The position numbers and the translations under genes were made by a program. Below, in pieces: positions 59,890 to 64,000 of a stretch of DNA of 64,000 nucleotides. The notes under the pieces are model-generated. The model ran no database searches, was not told the DNA's origin, and saw only the letters and a list, made by a program, of their open reading frames with translations. The DNA comes from Macrostomum lignano (Eukaryota): contig NIVC01000662.1 in assembly GCA_002269645.1 (NCBI GenBank), forward strand, positions 248,001-312,000, written 5' to 3'. Positions within the stretch are counted from its first letter, which is position 1; each line of letters begins with the position of its first letter.

Positions 59890-60476
59890 ATGAAGGCCAC
59901 TCTGATTTTCCTTGCCGCAATGGCTGCAGTGTTGATCTGCTGCACTGGTGAGTTCACTTTGCTTTGCTCTAAAGAGAAATTCAGATACGCTGTTCAGCCT
60001 GTGCGTGTGTACCCATACCCAACATTCTTTCCCAACATCCCACAGACGCTTGCAGGCGCGAAGGCGACCGATGCGACAACGACCGTCCGTGGCGACGCTG
60101 CTGCAGTGGCGACTGTCGACGAGGCAGGTGCGTGAGCTCGTGTCAGGAGCACCGCCAGAGCTGCAGACGGGACAAAGACTGCTGCTCCGGAGTCTGCGAG
60201 TGGTCGTTCAGGTCACGTGAGCGAGTCTGCAAGCGCAACCGTTCCTGCAAGGAGCACCGCCAGCGCTGCAGACGGGACAAAGACTGCTGCTCCGGAGTCT
60301 GCGAGTGGTCGTTCAGGACACGTGAGCGAGTCTGCAAGCGCAAGCGCAACCGTTCCTGCAAGGAGCACCGCCAGCGCTGCAGACGGGACAAAGACTGCTG
60401 CTCCGGAGTCTGCGAGTGGTCGTTCAGGACACGTGAGCGAGTCTGCAAGCGCGACTGGCGGGGCCGCTCGAACTGA
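59890..60476 (+). CDS. Secreted multi-knottin precursor, copy E; exons 59890-59947 and 60046-60476; 162 aa, 4 domains
   Basis: MKATLIFLAAMAAVLICCT|DACRREGDRCDNDRPWRRCCSGDC..., with linkers KRNR and KRKRNR. Canonical splice sites. Confidence 0.88.
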
Positions 60477-62177
60477 TGAAGCACTCGGTGCTCAGGAATC
60501 ACCTGGTTGACAAACATTCTCTTTCTCCTACATTTACCTGGTGGCGGACTCAACAGAACAGATATTCTTTTACTGTGGCAATATCTCCTTACAGACTCTT
60601 GTTTGCTTGGTGCTTCTGAACTTTCAGTACGCTCGTAACCCTTTTAAATGGTATCGCGTTTACAATTTTATAGCTTGTTGAAATACACATTTGAGTCCTG
60701 TTCTGCTCCGAGCTGCAATACCACCACGATTTCAGTAAGTCACTTGCAAAAGAAGTCAAAGTGAAGAAATCAAGCTGGCTCGAGAAGCATTGATTCCTTC
60801 TGCTTCTGCCTGCTTTGGCTACCAAATGCATTGATTCAAGAGTATGAAATCAAACTGTGAATTTATACTTAATGGTAAAGCGATTTGTGTCGAAAATTGC
60901 AAATGGCAAAAATTGCAAAGTGGAGGCTTGTCTTTCAGTTTCTGGAGCTCGTTTGAAACGAAATATTCTTAGAAATTAACTATCGATTTTTAACTATCGA
61001 AACTGCAATCTTCGCTGAAATATTTTCTGAAGATATTCAATAACCTCATTTAATTTATCTGCACATCTGCGCACGCTTATTAACAAGGTAAAGTGATCTT
61101 AATTTAAGCATGTTACGCCCAATGTTATTTTTTTAGTCTAATGCAAACTTCAGAAGGTTTTTCTATCAGGAAAGTACAGCACACATGCTTTTGCGGCAGT
61201 AAAGATCCCATTGCGTGAAGCGAACACCAATGAAATGCGTTATAGAAATCATATATATACTAGCGTTCAGTGAGAATGAAGCCAGTTTCCGCCTCGTCCG
61301 CCCTTGTCCGCTCTCGTCCCCTTGTCTCCTGGCCCTCGGCGCCATCGGCTCTCCGCCTCTTCGTCTCCTCAACTGCTCCGCTAGCTTGCCCCAACAATCG
61401 AGCCTGAACTCTGATATCCTGGTCTAACAAAGAGATAAATCTGGACAAACGTCAATTCGTGCAACAGTATCGATAAGTATCCTGTGGCTCTATTTTCACT
61501 GAATTGCTTAACAAATTTGCGTGATAAATATCTTATCAGAAATTGCAACCAACATGAATTAGTAATAAACATCCTTGTTGAAGGTTAGAGATCGAGAGAA
61601 GCAAATCGAACCTCTGACTTATTTAATTCACCAGAAACATCGACGATTGTAGTCATCGTCAAAGAGAGGGGGAACACCCCCAAAACACTTACTCAAACAT
61701 TTGAAAGGAAAACCAAGACCAGTAGAGAACAAAAACGGCGCTGTTAATATAAGCTGGATTGAAAGCCCCTCGAGATTTGCCCGCAGTGCATTTTCCTGCA
61801 GCGCATTTAGCCACGCGGCGGATTTTGTCTGCACAATGCTTAGTAAGTTTTAATAAAGAGATTTACCGGATCAAAACGTTTTGGTAGTAACTGTATATCA
61901 AATGCATATATTTTTTGGGAGGGGGGAAGGCAACGCAGACAGAATCTAGCTGCCAAATGCGCTGCAGGAAAAAGCATTATCATCAAGGACAACTTGATAT
62001 CTCAGGACCGGAAACGAGCCAATTCATGGCGAAAAAAGTATGAGGCTCGTTTAAAAGCATTGTTCTATGGCCCATCCGTATGCTACGAAAGCGAAGAAAT
62101 CTGAGCTGAAAATTGAGTTCTTCGCATGCACTTGCAATTGAGAGAGAGAACTTTTATTCTTGCTGAAACTAAATATC

Positions 62178-63913
62178 ATGCCGAGAAAATGCAGCGTCAT
62201 TTTCTGTTGTGCAAACTACAATAGTAACCGTGATCGGAATGTTGCAGTATTTTCATTTCCTAAAGATGCAACTGAACGAGAGGCTTGGCGACTGTCTCTG
62301 CCTAATCAACTGACGGTAAGACTTTCTTCAAATGTGCTTTGTGAATCAGATTTACCCTGGCCACATGAATTCATTAACAATTCTGTTGTTGTTTAGACCG
62401 TGACAGACTACATGGGCGTGTGTGCTAAGCACTGGCCTCAAGATGCACCAATGATAAAAAAGGAAGAATGGTATATGTTCCCCATTTATTTTGTTGTCTA
62501 GCGGGCAAAAGCAAGAGGTGTCTCGTTTATTGACCGAGGCGAAGCGTGCGAAGCCTCGGTCAATGATCGAGACACCTCTTGCTTTTGGCCCTAGACAGCT
62601 GAATGAGTGGGGAATATGATATGTATCCCCCGTTCGTTGTCTATGGTTGTTGTCTCGAATTTATCAGCCCGCGGGGCAGCGGGAAATAAATGATTTATTC
62701 ACCTAGGGAAATAAATGAAAACATGCGTCACATAGACACTCGCCCGGGGCAAAAGCTACATCCACCATCAGTTTTCGACGGAGTCCCGCAGTCCTGCCTC
62801 GTTCAAACACAAGGTTTGTGAAGTTCTACTGCTCAAATATTTGCACTCCATCAAATAGGGTCGAAACGAAACACTAAGGTGCGTGCTTGGATATTGCAGT
62901 GCATGCCAGTCGACATGCTGAGGGAAGGGGCGTGCTGCTGTCCGAACGATGCCTTTTCCAAGATGAACTAGTAGAATTTCGAGAGCGTGACACGCTGCCA
63001 TCGTGGACTGAATTCCGAGCATCCATTCACTGTTCAAACGTCATCAAAGCACATCAGCTTATTGTTACCATTGTTCAAGAGGAGGTAAAATATTCAGAAA
63101 ATATTCGGCATCTTCTCGTTAAGCGCCAATGCCGAAATGGTTCTGCGAGTTTTCGTTTCACCAAACTATTCCGTGCGATGCTTTCGGTTACACTCACCAG
63201 TTGCGGTTCGAGATCTGCTTGGATTTCAACCAACATTAAAGTATTGGTCGCAACTTGAAGCTATCATAAATCGTTGTAAAAACTCTACAGTGGACGTCGA
63301 AAGTGAGGTGAGGGCATTATCTAAGAACCTTTCTATTGCCTTTAACCACGATGGAGTTGTACCGGACACATCGGTTACATTCATCCTGAAGCTACTCGAG
63401 TTCGCCACAACGCACCCAAACAATCGACGATACGACATTGCCACTATGCGCCAATCTGCTTTGCTTTACCTGATTAGCAGTTCTGCATACGCGCATGCAC
63501 AGACGCTCCTTCCTTTGCCCCACCAACGCACATTACGCACTCAGTTGGCTGGTCTAGGAGAGATTGGCACTGAAAATGATGCACACGAGATCGTAAAGGT
63601 CGCATTTGCCAAACTGAAACCGCAGCAGAAGTCTTGTGTGTTGATTTTCGATGAAATGTATGTCCAGCCATCGATTCGCTATCGGTGCCAACATCTGCTC
63701 GGCCAAGCGTCAGACAATCATAACAAAACTGCTCGAACAGTGCTCGCAATAATGTTGAAGCCATTGTTCGGCGGTAAGCCATTTGTTCTAAGGCTGATAC
63801 CGATTTTTCTTCTTTCCGCCGACTTTTTGTACCATCAGCTTCGAAAGTGCATTCAACTCGTCAATCAACATGGAGGCCTATTTATCATGGTCAGCTCTTG
63901 TCCCGTTCTGTGA
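62178..63913 (+). mobile_element. Degenerate P-element-superfamily (THAP9-like) transposase gene
   Basis: THAP finger MPRKCSVIFC...FSFPKD...REAW, intron 62316-62396, then VCAKHW and later LHPPSVFDGVPQSCL. The transposase N-terminal region follows: RRYD...LY...AY...LPHQRTL, CVLIFDEMYVQP, ARTVLAIML. It is interrupted by an insertion and a frameshift and ends before the second catalytic Asp. Confidence 0.8.
62478..62615. repeat. Palindromic (hairpin) insertion in the THAP region
   Basis: gtctagcgggcaaaagcaagaggtgtctcgtttattgaccgaggc, a short loop, then gcctcggtcaatgatcgagacacctcttgcttttggccctagac. Confidence 0.85.
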
Positions 63914-64000
63914 CTGTTACTTTCCTCTCTGTTAGTTCAGATGAAGAAAGAATCGTAAATTTTTCTCGAGTTTCCTTATATATGTGCTGCATGTACAGCT

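Noticed and set aside
61166-61448. Short GC-rich ORFs on the minus strand
   Set aside because: Low complexity, non-ATG starts and no recognisable family.

Overview
Eukaryotic (metazoan) genomic DNA with GT-AG spliced genes, GC-rich exons and very dense minisatellites. This style resembles Macrostomum-type flatworm genomes, which is an inference and not proven. From left to right, all on the minus strand: exon 1 of GALT, a two-exon SLC25A42-like CoA carrier and a three-exon ABHD17-like depalmitoylase. Next is a transposon-rich block (hAT-like MITE, internally deleted Ty3/Gypsy element, CpG-depleted decayed DNA, an orphan SART3-like exon). Then comes an 11-exon M13 neprilysin/ECE-family gene that has lost its zinc ligands (HEIYQ instead of HExxH, no ENIAD). 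The main finding is a ~17 kb cluster (43.4-60.5 kb) of five intact and two broken copies of a two-exon gene. It encodes secreted, highly cationic polyproteins of 3-9 tandem inhibitor-cystine-knot-type domains, mostly joined by basic linkers such as KRKR. The repeated domain has the same cysteine spacing as scorpion calcins. The copies sit in head-to-head inverted pairs. A degenerate THAP/P-element transposase ends the window. Most long ORFs in the supplied track are artefacts of tandem repeats. All coordinates were read by hand; repeat boundaries are approximate.
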